Position numbers and translations under genes: made by a program. The notes below the pieces were generated by a model, which was not told where the DNA came from, ran no database searches, and saw nothing but the letters and a program-made list of their open reading frames with translations. Below, one piece after another: positions 40,213 through 53,005 of a DNA stretch of 64,000 nt. Position 1 is the first letter of the stretch. Every line of letters begins with the position of its first letter. Source of the stretch: Octopus sinensis (lineage: Eukaryota). The stretch spans positions 8,804,001-8,868,000 of the forward strand of contig NC_043007.1 of the NCBI RefSeq assembly GCF_006345805.1, written 5' to 3'.

Positions 40213-41326
40213 TCTTTTACTATAGTTCATTGGGACACAAGATCCTTTTAAATGAGGCACTAAGCCTCTTACCTTTTTTACAACTCGAAGCATTAAAGCC
40301 TCTTACTTCCATGCCCGACTTGGCACACTGCCTCATTCAAGCACCTGGAGAATCTCCCATTCCAACACAGTGTTCGTTTTTCTGCCATGTTTTGGAAGAA
40401 GAAAAGTTCACACAAAATGTTCAAATAAAACACAAAAAGAAAAAAGAAGGATGAAGGAAAGAAAACAGTCCAAAACACAGCGACTTCAATCTTCCGGCCA
40501 GCTTGTACAGCAACAGGAACAAAGCAACCGGAAAAAAGCTTCACAAATTTCCCCAACAAATTGATACAAAAACTGGTAAAACAAATTCCATCATTTTTGA
40601 AGGTGGGATACGCCCCCAAAACACTGTTTTCGATCTTCCAACCACCGATACTCCTGGCCAACCAAATAGTAGCAATAACTCAGCAACAGGAACACAAAAC
40701 AACGTTCACAGTTTTTGGAAGAAGGACATGCCCCCAAAACAACACACCGTTCAAAGCTAAGTGAGATACTTACGCCCAACTGCAGGCAGACAAATGTCCG
40801 GGATCCAGTGAGGATTTCTTGCTTGAAAAGAAAAAAATATACACCAAACAACAAATCCCCACTGAATCCCAAAAACCAAAAGTCTTACCTTGCAGTTGAG
40901 CTTCACTACAATGCGCAGAAGCAAGTTTCTTGCCATAAGGCCATGCTTCCACCTAACCCCACCTGCATTTGATCAATACGAGCTTGCACAAGACGATACT
41001 ATTTCCAAATGTTAAGCAGTCAAGTCAAGTTCGAATCCTGCAGATCGTGGTTACGAAAGAAACTTTTTAATAAATTGGTCAAACTGCGCCTTAGTAAGAG
41101 ACAGAGATAATGGTATATAAGTTGATGATGATGATGATGATGATGAAGAGGTGTTGGTGTTAATGGAAGGAAGAGTATGAGGAAAAGGAAGATATAGTAG
41201 ATAAGGATGGGAAAGGGTGTGGTCATAATCATTATCTTTACGATGGCGATGATGATGATGATGATGATGATGAGAAATCGTAAGTAATAAGAATGGTTAT
41301 GTTAATGAATATGATGTTGTTTGTTC

Positions 41327-41612
41327 CTTCTCGAGCCATGCCTGGCTCATAAAGGCCGGTTTACCTCTTTCATTGGCGTATAGGTTCCCCACCTGGACGG
41401 GACGCCGGTCCGTCATAGGTGAGCTGCTAGATGCAGGGGGAAAGAGTGAGAGAAACTTGTGGCAAAAGAGTTAGCAGATGTCCACCATTAACTTCTGCCG
41501 GAAACGCGTAGAGCTTACGTGTTTCGCTCAAAAATGCACACACATCGCCCGGTCTGAGACTCGAACTCGCGATCCCTCGACCGCAAGTCCGCTGCTCTGA
41601 CCACTAGGCCAC
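41327..41612 (-). mobile_element. SINE family C variant
   Basis: Minus-strand head TGGCCTAGTGGTC...GAGTTCGAGTC (A and B boxes); body partly shared with 45277-45632. Confidence 0.8.
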
Positions 41613-41666
41613 GTGAATCCACTTAATAAATATTGATGGCAACAGCTATATTCGTATCGATGATAG

Positions 41667-41707
<41 letters not shown>

Positions 41708-41990
41708 GGTTAGTGGGCATCATATGACGACCGTGATGGAGACGATCGCTGGTTTGATTTTGAGAATTATGATAATAATTATGATGATAGACGACGACCA
41801 CGACTACGACCACGACTACGACCACGACTACGACCACAACTACGACCACGACCACAACGATAACGGCGACGATGATGATAATGCTGATGACGATGAAGAT
41901 TAGTTTGTTTACATTATCATTATAATAGCCATCATCATCATTATCATCATCATCAGCACCACCACCACCATCACTACCACCACATTATTA

Positions 41991-42056
<66 letters not shown>

Positions 42057-43150
42057 CATTATTATTGTCATTATTGTTACTAATGCTAATGTGTTACGTT
42101 GACGATGGCCATGGTCACCGTTACGATGCTCCTTAAATCCAAAGTAGGGTTTATGTGCAATGGCTATATTAGACATTACTCAACAATAATGAAAAGAAAA
42201 AATCAAAATGAAAGGGTAAAGTAAAAATATGTGATAGCTTAATGGCGTCCGTTAACCTTGTGACCGTCTCAAAAATATATTTTGCTGCAAGGAGCGAAAA
42301 GGAATCTGCTTTAGCTGCATCTTTAGGGGTTATAAATGACTGAAATAGAAAGAAAAGTAAGGGGAAAAGACTGGGAATAACATGCAAGGGGCGAAGAAAG
42401 AGAAGTAAATAGAGAAAGAGGGAGCGAGAGAGAGAGAGAGAGTAAGAAAAAAGCGAAGGGAGAAGTGAGGCTAAAAGAATGAACGCGTAAATAAAAACCG
42501 TATTTTAATGGAGGCTGTTAAGCTTTTACATGGTTTCTGTCATATAAGAGAAGTCACTAAATATGGCTGACTTGATGGTCTGGTGTTACTTAAGATCTAG
42601 GAAACGGGTAGAGAGTTAGAGAGTGGCGAGTGGTGAGTGTTAGTAAATGTGAGAGTTTGATTGAGACGTGGAAAGAGAATATCTATCCGTGTTAATGATG
42701 GTGGCGATTGTAATGGCGATCGTTGTGAGGGCGGTCTACACGGTAATAGAAAAAGGCAGGCAAACTGATAGAGATAGAAAAACAGAGAGGATAATAGACT
42801 AACAGACAGTTGGATAGACGAATAGATAAAAAAAAAATATTGACAGATGGACAGATGGACAGATTGACAACCGTGGCACTTTCGTAGTCAGGCAGACATG
42901 TGTAAAATCGTATGAGGATCCGTGCAAGTAAATATGTGTACATGTATGTGTGAATGTGTGTATGTGTGTATATGTATCTCTATCTCTATTTATATATATG
43001 TGTGTGTGTGTGTGCGTATGCGTATGCGTGTTTGTGTAAGTGTGTATTTGAGTGTGTGTATGTGTCTGTGTGTACATATGTATATATATATATATATATG
43101 CATGTATATATAAATATAAATACATAAATATATATTTAATGTACGCATTC

Positions 43151-43182
<32 letters not shown>

Positions 43183-43186
43183 ATAG

Positions 43187-43217
<31 letters not shown>

Positions 43218-43272
43218 CATTCAAACATGCATACAAGCATATATATATATATGTATACATGCATACATACAT

Positions 43273-43354
<82 letters not shown>

Positions 43355-43894
43355 TTTAGATATAGATTCGTATACATATGTCTAAATACGATATATTGAC
43401 AGGAAGACAGCCATTTTGAGATAAATGTATGTATACAGAAAGATATGAGAAGAGAATGAGTCAAATTGCTCGATACTAAATCTGGATAGTATAGATAAAA
43501 TAGATAGGGAGACGATTAGATGAGTAATATATAGAGAGACAGAAAGGGACAGAGGGCGACAGAAAGAGAGGGAGAGAGATGGGGAGAGAGAGAGAAAGAG
43601 AAATAGGAAGAACTACAGATTATTGTATGAGTGACAGGGATAATTCAACCTTCTGAATTCAGTGATCAAATATATCAAACGTCGATGATCTACCGTAGAC
43701 TTAACTTGACAGCCCTGGATTACGGCGATCGATCTTTATGCAGTTTAGTATTTATTGACCACGAAACAAATCAAACAATAAAATAAAATATATATAAGAT
43801 GAAGAGAAATAATAAAACAATGCAATACAAGAACAGACGTATAGGCTTTTATATATGCATGCATACATACATATATATATACATACATAAATAC

Positions 43895-43940
<46 letters not shown>

Positions 43941-44130
43941 TATTATGAGAAAGAGAGAGAGAAATAGGGAGAGAGTTGTATAAGATATATACTGTTGGTC
44001 TTTTAACATACCAATCATTTGAGGAATTTCTTTGGCGATATACTTCTGTACTTTAGCCTCGTTTTTATACTGTCTTCACCTTATCGAGGAACGCATGTCT
44101 CATTACTTATTGGAAACAGTTTCGTTTCCA

Positions 44131-44216
<86 letters not shown>

Positions 44217-44557
44217 GTGTGCGAGTGTACGTGTCGTACACTATGTCTTCTGTTCTTACAAATTGCTTGGGAATTGACAAAGGTAATGGCCGAGAATATG
44301 TTATCCGAAGCGTACCAGATCCAAGTTTAGTACGTTGTGATATTTTAAGTTGTTATTTTCTCATCTAGCTTTTAGATTTTTCATTTTTGATTTTTCAAAA
44401 ACTTCATTTCTCCATTACATAAACACACACACACACACGCACGCGTGTACGGACGCACGCGCTCACACACACACACACGTATGTATGTTCGTATGCATGT
44501 ATGTATCTATATGTATGTTATTCGGTGTATTAGAAAAATTTTAGACATTCAATTATG

Positions 44558-44616
<59 letters not shown>

Positions 44617-44696
44617 CCTATTGGTTTATCTATCTTTCTATCTACGTATATATCTAGTAGCCACATTATATATAGCCACGTATATATCTAGCAGCA

Positions 44697-45017
44697 AATC
44701 GACTCCAGGACTTATTCTTTGTAAGCCTAGTACTTATTCTATCGGTCTCTTTTGCCAAACCGGTAAGTTACTGGGACGTAAACACACCAGCATCGGTTGT
44801 CAAGTGATGCTGGAGGGGGGGGACAAAAACATATACACACACATACATACATATATATACATATATACGACGGGCTTCTTTCAGTTTCCGTCTACCAAAT
44901 CCACTCACAAGGCTTTAGTCGGCCCAAGACACTTGCCCAAGATGCCACGCAGTGGGACTGAACCCGGAACCATGTGGTTGGTAAGAAAGCTAATTACGAC
45001 ACAGCCACTCCTACGCC
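44697..45017 (-). mobile_element. SINE family A
   Basis: Homologous to 12009-12415, with a short internal deletion. Confidence 0.88.
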
Positions 45018-45276
45018 TTTGCAATTGATACAATCTGTACAATATATTTTATATTTCATATTTTATTTGCTCAGATACAGCGTTAAGATTTACATCGGAT
45101 ACAGTAGAAATCATACTGAAACACAATCGTGTAAAATTGTGTTCCAATGCTGAATATCAAACCACTTCTCTGTTTCCTTCTCTGTTTACGACTTCGGTTT
45201 TTATATTTACAATATGGCTTTATATTTACATATTTACAATATTTTTTTCTTGTACTGTTTTGGGACTGGATGGAAG

Positions 45277-45632
45277 CACTCCGTCGGTTACGACGACGAG
45301 GGTTCCGCTTGATCCGAATCAACGGAACAGCCTGCTCGTGAAATTAACGTGTAAGTGGCTGAGCGCTCCACAGACACGTGTACCCTTAACGTAGTTCTCG
45401 GGGATATTCAGCGTGACACAGAGAGTGACAAGGCCGGCCCTTTGAAATACAGGTACAACAGAAACAGGAAGTAAGAGTGAAAGAAAGTTGTGGTGAAAGA
45501 GTACAGCAGAGATCACCACCATCCCCTGCCGGAGCCTCGTGGAGCTTTAGGTGTTTTCGCTCAATAAACACTCACAACGCCCGGTCTGGGAATCGAAACC
45601 GCGATCCCTAACCACTGGGCCATTGCGCCTCC
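45277..45632 (-). mobile_element. SINE family C
   Basis: Minus-strand head GGAGGCGCAATGGCCCAGTGGTTAGG..GGTTTCGATTCCC with A and B boxes and an internal head deletion. Confidence 0.85.
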
Positions 45633-45774
45633 TGTTTTGAGACTAGCATATCAAAGAATAGACTACGTGTTGTGAAAGACAATTAAAAGTAGTCGAGGTA
45701 GGATTTGTACTCCAGCCTCGTAAAACCCCCACCAGCAATAACTACCTAAACAGACTCGAGTAGTTTGGATCCGG

Positions 45775-46009
45775 TGTGGTAAACTTTCAGTCACTAGTAT
45801 AGATTGCGAATCCTCTGTACCCACGGATGGTTCAGTTTTCCACCCGTTAAAAGCCACCGTTTCCGGAATGAGGATAAAAATGTAGCTTTCGCGCCCGTTC
45901 AATCGCCAGTCTATCTTGAAGTTGCCACACGCATTCTTAGTAGCTTAGAGTAGGCTCGAATTAGAGATTATTCTTTGTGGCTAATGGCGTGAGTCCTGAT
46001 TGGAAGAAG
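45775..46009 (+). mobile_element. Second copy of the (GAA)-tailed retroposon end
   Basis: Aligns by eye with 4977-5229. Confidence 0.65.
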
Positions 46010-46356
46010 CAGCAATAACAGTATTTGAAGCAGTCCCAGTTGTGAAAAGTTTTGTCAGTAAAATAAATGTTGCATTACGCACAAAATATTAACATTTTTA
46101 AAGCATTCCTCGTTGTCAATTCTGGGAATCACAGTAAGGACTTTTGCGCAAATTTTACCCATCTTTCAATAATCTCACTCCAGGACAACGTTTCCCTCTC
46201 CACTCTCAATTTCCTTTTCAAGTCAAACTTGGAGAAGTCGATGAGAGCTCTACCAAAAAGTAATGCATGTGTCCAACAAACGGCCTCTTTCGCCACAGCC
46301 ATGTGTTGAGAGGAATTCTTTGGGGGAAACAGAAAATGCTGCTGCTGTTGCTGCTG

Positions 46357-46404
<48 letters not shown>

Positions 46405-46956
46405 GTAGTACTTCTACTACCACTCTTGCAGCTTCTGCTGCTGTTGCTGCTGTTGCTACTGCTGCTGCTGCGGTTGCTGCTAACGATGATAATTTTGCTA
46501 CTAATACTACTAATACTGCTAATACTACTACTACTGCTGCTACTAATGCTAATACGAAGAAGAAGGAGGATTAGGAGGAGGACTAGGCTAACTTAATTGA
46601 ATTTATCTTAGTTATCATTATTGTCAGATTAGTCGCGATGACCATCTTCAGGATTATTACGATGGCTATCACGATCATGATGACAACGATGATGGCTTAA
46701 TCCTTTTTACGATAATCCTCATAAGAACGATACCGGTGGTAGTGGCGGCGGAGGCAGGGGCTGGGATGGATTGCGGGTTGAAATGCGAAAGTGATGTCGG
46801 CGGTCGTACCTGTACTGTAGCTGGTTGTGTCGGTCGTGGTGGGAGTGGTAGTTATAGTGGAAGTGGTATGTATGATGGTGGGGCTTTAATATTAATGTTC
46901 CTCGTAGTGGGAAGGATGGTTTAGGAGATGCTGGTATTGGTAGCTTTGTAAACATT

Positions 46957-47056
46957 NNNNNNNNNNNNNNNNNNNNNNNNNNNNNNNNNNNNNNNNNNNN
47001 NNNNNNNNNNNNNNNNNNNNNNNNNNNNNNNNNNNNNNNNNNNNNNNNNNNNNNNN
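46957..47056. other. Assembly gap (100 N)
   Basis: Run of exactly 100 N, a placeholder; true size unknown. Confidence 0.99.
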
Positions 47057-47169
47057 TATATATACTACTACTACTACTACTTACTAATACTACTAATGTA
47101 GGATGAAAACTTTTACAGATAAAAATTTCATCAAAAAAGTGGCAGCATATTAAAATACCTTTAAAGGTT

Positions 47170-47210
<41 letters not shown>

Positions 47211-47218
47211 TATAAATA

Positions 47219-47251
<33 letters not shown>

Positions 47252-47865
47252 TATAACATATATATTACCATATATATAAATATATACATAATACATACAT
47301 ACATACATACATACATACATACATACATACATACATACACCACATACATATGTATACATACATGTATATAAGGCAAACTGTCCAGATATCTTTGTGGAAA
47401 CTAATGTCGAAAAAATATCTTTCAATGAATGTTGCAACCTCGACTAACGAAAACATATTACTGAAAACATGTAAAAAAATCATTCAAATACATCGACTCG
47501 GAAACGGTTACCACACCAATGTAGCATCTCAAAGCAACATTAACTACTGTTATTGGAACACTTGGAATGATATCAAATGAAGCGAACAGATATCTGGACT
47601 AAATTCTTGGCATACACAAAATAAGTAAATTGTGGGTACCTCACATATTTTATGTAAATTGCGTTTTTATGTTAATATAATCTTATTATTACAGTATTAT
47701 TATATATTTTATTAAGGGACATTTGCTATTCACATTCAGACATCGATTCTTCCAGCTGCTGGCTACCTCATCTGTTAGCATCTTTTAAATGCAAAAACAT
47801 GTCTGTTGACGTCTTTGGTTAAGATTTGAATGCAGCTTGTATAAATTGAAGCGAAGTCTAAATGC

Positions 47866-47911
<46 letters not shown>

Positions 47912-48039
47912 TTATGATGATGATGATGATGATGATGAGGATAATGACCCCCAATGACGACAGTGATGATGTTGGTGATGATGATGTTCATGATGAAAAC
48001 TACGATCAAATAATTAATGATATTAATAAGATGGTGTAG

Positions 48040-48380
48040 TGATCCGACAACGGCGCGCGCTCGCGCACCGCCCATTTGTATTTCGCGCGTGTTGGTGCCT
48101 TTACCAAGGCACAGAAAGGAAGGCCCTCTCGCGCATGCGCGAACCACCGGTAGCACGACCCTATTGCCTACGTAGCAGTTAGCGAGGCAAGGGGGTCGTA
48201 AGACGTTGACTACCAGCGTTCAGTCCTCGGTGACTGGGGGACCTAGCGATTGACGGCGACGGTCACGCATATATTCTCTCCGTCAGGATTAGATTCTAGC
48301 AGTCCTTTGGCCGAAGACTTTTAACCAAATTGTTGCAGACCAACATCGTCTCCATTGTTCGACGCATCTTGGACCCTTTT
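48040..48380. promoter_or_regulatory. CpG-rich promoter/enhancer-like island
   Basis: Dense CpG in an AT-rich background. GCGCATGCGC (48131-48140, NRF1-type palindrome), TTTCGCGC (about 48081, E2F-type) and CCGCCC (about 48068). No homology to other repeats in the window. Confidence 0.45.
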
Positions 48381-48714
48381 GTTTTCATCGGCTGGACATT
48401 TGTAAATATTACAATCTATGAACTTTCAGCCTTGCGCGCACAGAATCAAGGACATCAGATAACACACTTATTGTTATGGTCAACAAGAAAGAGAATAAAG
48501 TAGTTATGTATATTTTACGTCTGCGTCTTGTTGTTTCTGACTAGTAGAGAACCTGGATTATTAAAGTAACGGCTAGTGAGTGATTGCTTTGTGCACCCCG
48601 AAAGTGCACGAAGATATTCGCATCTCATTAAGCTCGTTACAATGGTGTTGGTAGTGTGTGTAGTGCTTCACTGAGAATGAATACAAGAAATGAACCAGAA
48701 ATTGGAAAGAATGA

Positions 48715-48724
48715 GAGAGAGGAG

Positions 48725-48759
<35 letters not shown>

Positions 48760-48908
48760 AGAGAGGGAGAGAGAGAAATGTGGGGAGGAGAAAGGAAGAA
48801 ATAAAATAGATACTTAACCGTGAGGCGGAATGTTTGTATAAAAGACAATGCATGTTTATTAGAGAGGAAAAAAAGATATATTGAGAAAAGAGAGAGAGAG
48901 AGAGAGAG

Positions 48909-48939
<31 letters not shown>

Positions 48940-48970
48940 AAAAAAAAAGAGAGAGAGAGAGAAGAAAGAG
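48715..48970. repeat. (GA)n/(GAAA)n polypurine tracts
   Basis: Direct reading. Confidence 0.9.
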
Positions 48971-49522
48971 GGTGAGAGATGGTGATGCATGTGGGTGAGA
49001 TAAGATGGAGTGAAGAATTAAATAATATAATTAATTAATGGCACCAACACATTCTTTGTAAAAGCAAAAAAAAAAAATTAAAAAGTAACATTACACAGAT
49101 AATGAGGTGGATTTCGAGGAAAAACTATTTGAGAAGCAACGAGAACCATGGGAAGGATAATAGCAACAAGGATAATCCACAGTGAAGATTGGCATTATCG
49201 TCAACACCAACAACACAAAACACCAGTGAAAATTCTATCATTTGTATTGGTGGTGGCAACGGTGTGATGGTGGTGAAAGTAACGAAAAGCGTTCGCAGAA
49301 ATAATGGCAATTATAAAAGGCCACTTCTACCAAAACCTACTACTACTACTACTGCTACTACTAATACAAATGTCTTCACTGTTGCTTCCCACACATGCTG
49401 TGCTAAAGCCATGAGCAACAGAGATTGAAACAGTTTGAACGTAGAGATGTAACGAAATTGTGGAATTTTTTCTCCCCCTCCCCTTCTGATTACTACTACT
49501 ACTACTAATACTACTACTACTT

Positions 49523-49568
<46 letters not shown>

Positions 49569-49639
49569 AATTATTATTATTATTATTGCTCTTGTTTTCC
49601 ATTTGTGTTCGTTTGTTTATTCGTGGACAAGACGTGTTA

Positions 49640-50133
49640 GAATAATAACCCTTTCTACTATAGGCACAAGGTTTGAAAAGGATGGAAGGCAAAGTCGACC
49701 TCGGCGGGATTTGAACTCAGAATGTGAAGAAGGACGAAATACCTATTTCGTTCCTACCCACAAGGGGCTAAACATAGAGAGGACAAACAAGGACAGAGAA
49801 ACGGATTAAGTCGATTACATCGACCCCAGTGCGTAACTGGTACTTAAGTTATCGACCCCGAAAGGATGAAAGGCAAAGTCAACCTCGGCGGAATTTGAAC
49901 TCAGAACGTAACGGCAGACGAAATACCTATTCTTTACTACCCACTAGGGGCTAAACACAGAGAGGACAAACAAGGACAGACAAACGGATTAAGTCGATTA
50001 CATCGACCCCAGTGTGTAACTGGTACTTAATCTATCGACCCCGAAAGGATGAAAGGCAAATTCGACCGCGGCAGACGAAATACCGCTAAACATTTCGCTT
50101 GGCGTGCTAATGATTCTGCCAGATCTCCGCCTT
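49640..50133 (-). mobile_element. SINE family B trimeric array
   Basis: Reverse-complement junctions GAAATAC|CTATT at 49742/49743 and 49926/49927 (184 bp apart); a single head at about 50133. Confidence 0.88.
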
Positions 50134-50158
50134 AATGGTAATAAAAATAATGATGATG

Positions 50159-50189
<31 letters not shown>

Positions 50190-50207
50190 TAATAATGATA
50201 ATAATAA

Positions 50208-50675
50208 TATAAAAGATGGGCTACAGCAAATATTCTGCTCAATACCACAGATTTGCTTGTCAGTTGCTTGACCTTAACCAGTTGAGCATGTCCCTTAGTG
50301 GCTGACGATATGTGCATCTTTGATCACGAGCAGAAGTAGTGGGGGAGCATCATAGCCATGTGTTGAGAGGGATTATTTGGGGTTTGAATAGTCCACCTCT
50401 GGAAACATGGGTGGTTCTTTCAACATCCTTAAACAACCCTTATTCAGGGACCGTTTGAGCGGGATGGGCTACTCAACCTGAAGAAAATTCTAACTGGGCC
50501 CCACCTGCAAGGTCATGTGCTGTTTATCTTGATATGAGATCACCATGTCGCGCACATATGGTTGTGATGCATGTGCCTGGTGTACCCTTATCAGACGGGT
50601 AGTCATGATGGGTATATTGGGCTTCGTATATTTTACCCCAGTGTCACTTTGATGGCATGCACTGCTCTCTCACTC
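50208..50675 (+). mobile_element. (TAA)n-embedded element, copy 3, truncated at one end
   Basis: Reverse complement of copies 1 and 2. Shares the CTCTCTCACTC-(AAT)n end and lacks about 85 bp at the other end; (AAT)n on both sides. Confidence 0.85.
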
Positions 50676-50692
50676 AATAATAATAATAATAA

Positions 50693-50730
<38 letters not shown>

Positions 50731-51037
50731 CAACAACAACAACAACAAAAATAATAACACTTTCTAATATTAGCACGGGGCCTGCAGTTTTGTGGGGGAG
50801 GGAGCTAGTTGATTACATTTGAATAACAGATTAATTCGCTCAGTTGAGCATTGAAAACAAAAAGAACAGTTATGATGATTAGAAATTAAGAACTAACAAG
50901 TAGGTTCCACAGCGAAGCATACATATCATCGTGTCTTAAAACGTAGAGAAATGCAGGAGGCTAAAAACATACTTTTGTTTCTTTGATCCCTAGCAACTGT
51001 ATACTACGACAAAAAAAATGGCGTCCACAAATGTATA

Positions 51038-51275
51038 GACGTAGGAGTGGATGTGTGGTAAGTAGCTTGCTTACGAACCAGATTGTTCTGGGTTCAGTTC
51101 CACTGAGTGGCACCTTGGGCAAGTGTCTTCTACTATAGCCTAGGGCCGACCAAAGCTTTGTGAGTGAATTTGGTAGATGGAAACTGAAAGAAGCCCGTCG
51201 TATATATGGATGTGTATATATATATATATGAGTGTGTGTGTATTTTTGTGTGTTTGTGTTTGTCCCCCAACATCG
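51038..51275 (+). mobile_element. SINE family A, 3'-truncated
   Basis: Head and body up to CCCCAACATCGC. Confidence 0.85.
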
Positions 51276-52343
51276 CAAAGAAAGAAAAATGGCCGATGGT
51301 CACGTGTGAGCCGCTTGAGCAAAAGAGGACGCGTGAGGGAGAGAGAGTGGCACAGTAATAGGATAGAATAGTGGGAGAAGAGGAGGCAAAAGAATAAGAG
51401 AGAGAAAAAGGAAAGAGTAAAAAGATCGTATAGAAGGCGCATCAGAATTATTACGATAAAACTATATATATTATCAATAAAATTATTGGCGAGCTAGCAG
51501 ATTCGTTGACACACCGGGAAAATACTTAGCGGTATTTCGTCCGTCTTCACGTTCTGAGATCAAATTCCACCTAGGTCCACTTATCTTTCATTATTTCGGA
51601 ACCGATGAAATAGGTACCAATTCGACTGTCCTCCTGCCCCAAATTTCAGGCCTTGTGCTTATAGCAGAAAGGATTATTATCATTATAATCATTGGCGAGC
51701 TGGCAGAAACGTTAGCATGCCGGGTGAATTGTTTCACAGCGGTTCGTCTCTCTTTACCTTTGGAGTTCAACTGTCACCGGGATCGATTTTGCCTTTCATA
51801 ATTTTCGGAATTAATTAAATAGGTACTAGTAGAACACTGGGGTCTAATCGGCTTATCCTATCCGACGATATTTCAGGCTTTGAGCCAAATATTTTAATCA
51901 GTATTATTTACATTATTATCATCAGTTTTGGCGAGGTAGCAAAATCTTGTGCACACCAGACAAAATGTCCGTCTTTACATTCTGAATACAAGTGCTATCA
52001 GTCGACTTTGCCTTTCAACACTTTCGATAAAATAAATATCAGGTGAGCGTTGGGGTCGATGTAGACTTACTCTCTAATCCGAAATTGCTGACTTTCAGCC
52101 AAAATTTGAACCCAAGAGACAAGTTAGAAGTTCAATTTTGTGTTATCACTAGGGTGTCATATATTTAGTTTTACGCAGAGTATTGTTCTAGAGAATGCCT
52201 GTCAAAACAGAAGGAAATTTGAACTGCGTTTTGAATGTAATTTGATTATAAGATGATAGTCTGATATTTAGATAACAATAAAATGTGCTTGCTGTTATGT
52301 ACATTTAAAAGTATTTTGACACTGTATACGGATTAAAATATTT

Positions 52344-53005
52344 TTAAGATGACATAGACAATATTTTACGTAGGATGTGGGCAGTTCCCATAAGCCCTAT
52401 CTTTTGAATTTCTGCCATTTTTGGATTTCCTGTTATCTGAACTAGGTAGCAATCAGGCCCTGTTGTTATAATTCCTATGACAACACGTATTGTTTTAGTC
52501 TTGAGGTTCCAAATTTTGACAATTTCTGTTTCAAGATCTTTATACTAGCTCAGTTTTTGGTAGGTCTTGACAAATACATTTGTGTCCGATAACACAGACA
52601 TATCGATGAGGATGCACGATTCTGGACTCAAATCCTTCAATGTAATGTGTGGTCTATTTGCATCTATCTTTCTTTCAGGTTGAACGGTGAAGTTCCAAAG
52701 GAGTGAAACGTGATCATTTTCAAGCATTGGCGGTGGTTTGGGTTCCCACCAATTTTTATCAAGGAGCATGTCCAAGTCTTAGCAAATTATCCAGTGAATA
52801 TACTGTGCTGCTCTATAATACCTGTTGAGATACAATGTAGTCGCAAGAAGGCTGCACATGGAGACAACATGATCAATGGTTTCATTTTCTTGTTTACTGC
52901 CGCTCTTTAAGATGTTGGCCTGGTAGTTCCTTGTAGGTAGGCATTGGTCTTGGGCTACTATCATAAACCGTTCTGTCTCTGATTTGAAACCAGAAGAAAC
53001 TAATC
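52344..53005 (-). pseudogene. R4/Dong-like non-LTR retrotransposon 3' fragment (CCHC remnant plus RLE)
   Basis: SGFKSETERFMIVAQDQCLPTRNY...ETIDHVVSMC..LA...Y..R, WNFTVQPERKIDANRP(H)I.LKD...CILIDMSV.SD.NV..K..QKLS, and GTAHILRKILSMSS*. Confidence 0.88.

Noticed and set aside
41553-41612. tRNA-like sequences (also at 836, 45590 and 15370)
   Set aside because: SINE heads: A/B boxes are present but they run straight into SINE bodies, with no complete cloverleaf visible.
50300-50345. CTGACGA...GAAG inside the (TAA)n element, and CTGATGA at the end of copy 1
   Set aside because: GAAG rather than GAAA and no stem I/III; copy 2 has CTGATGC.
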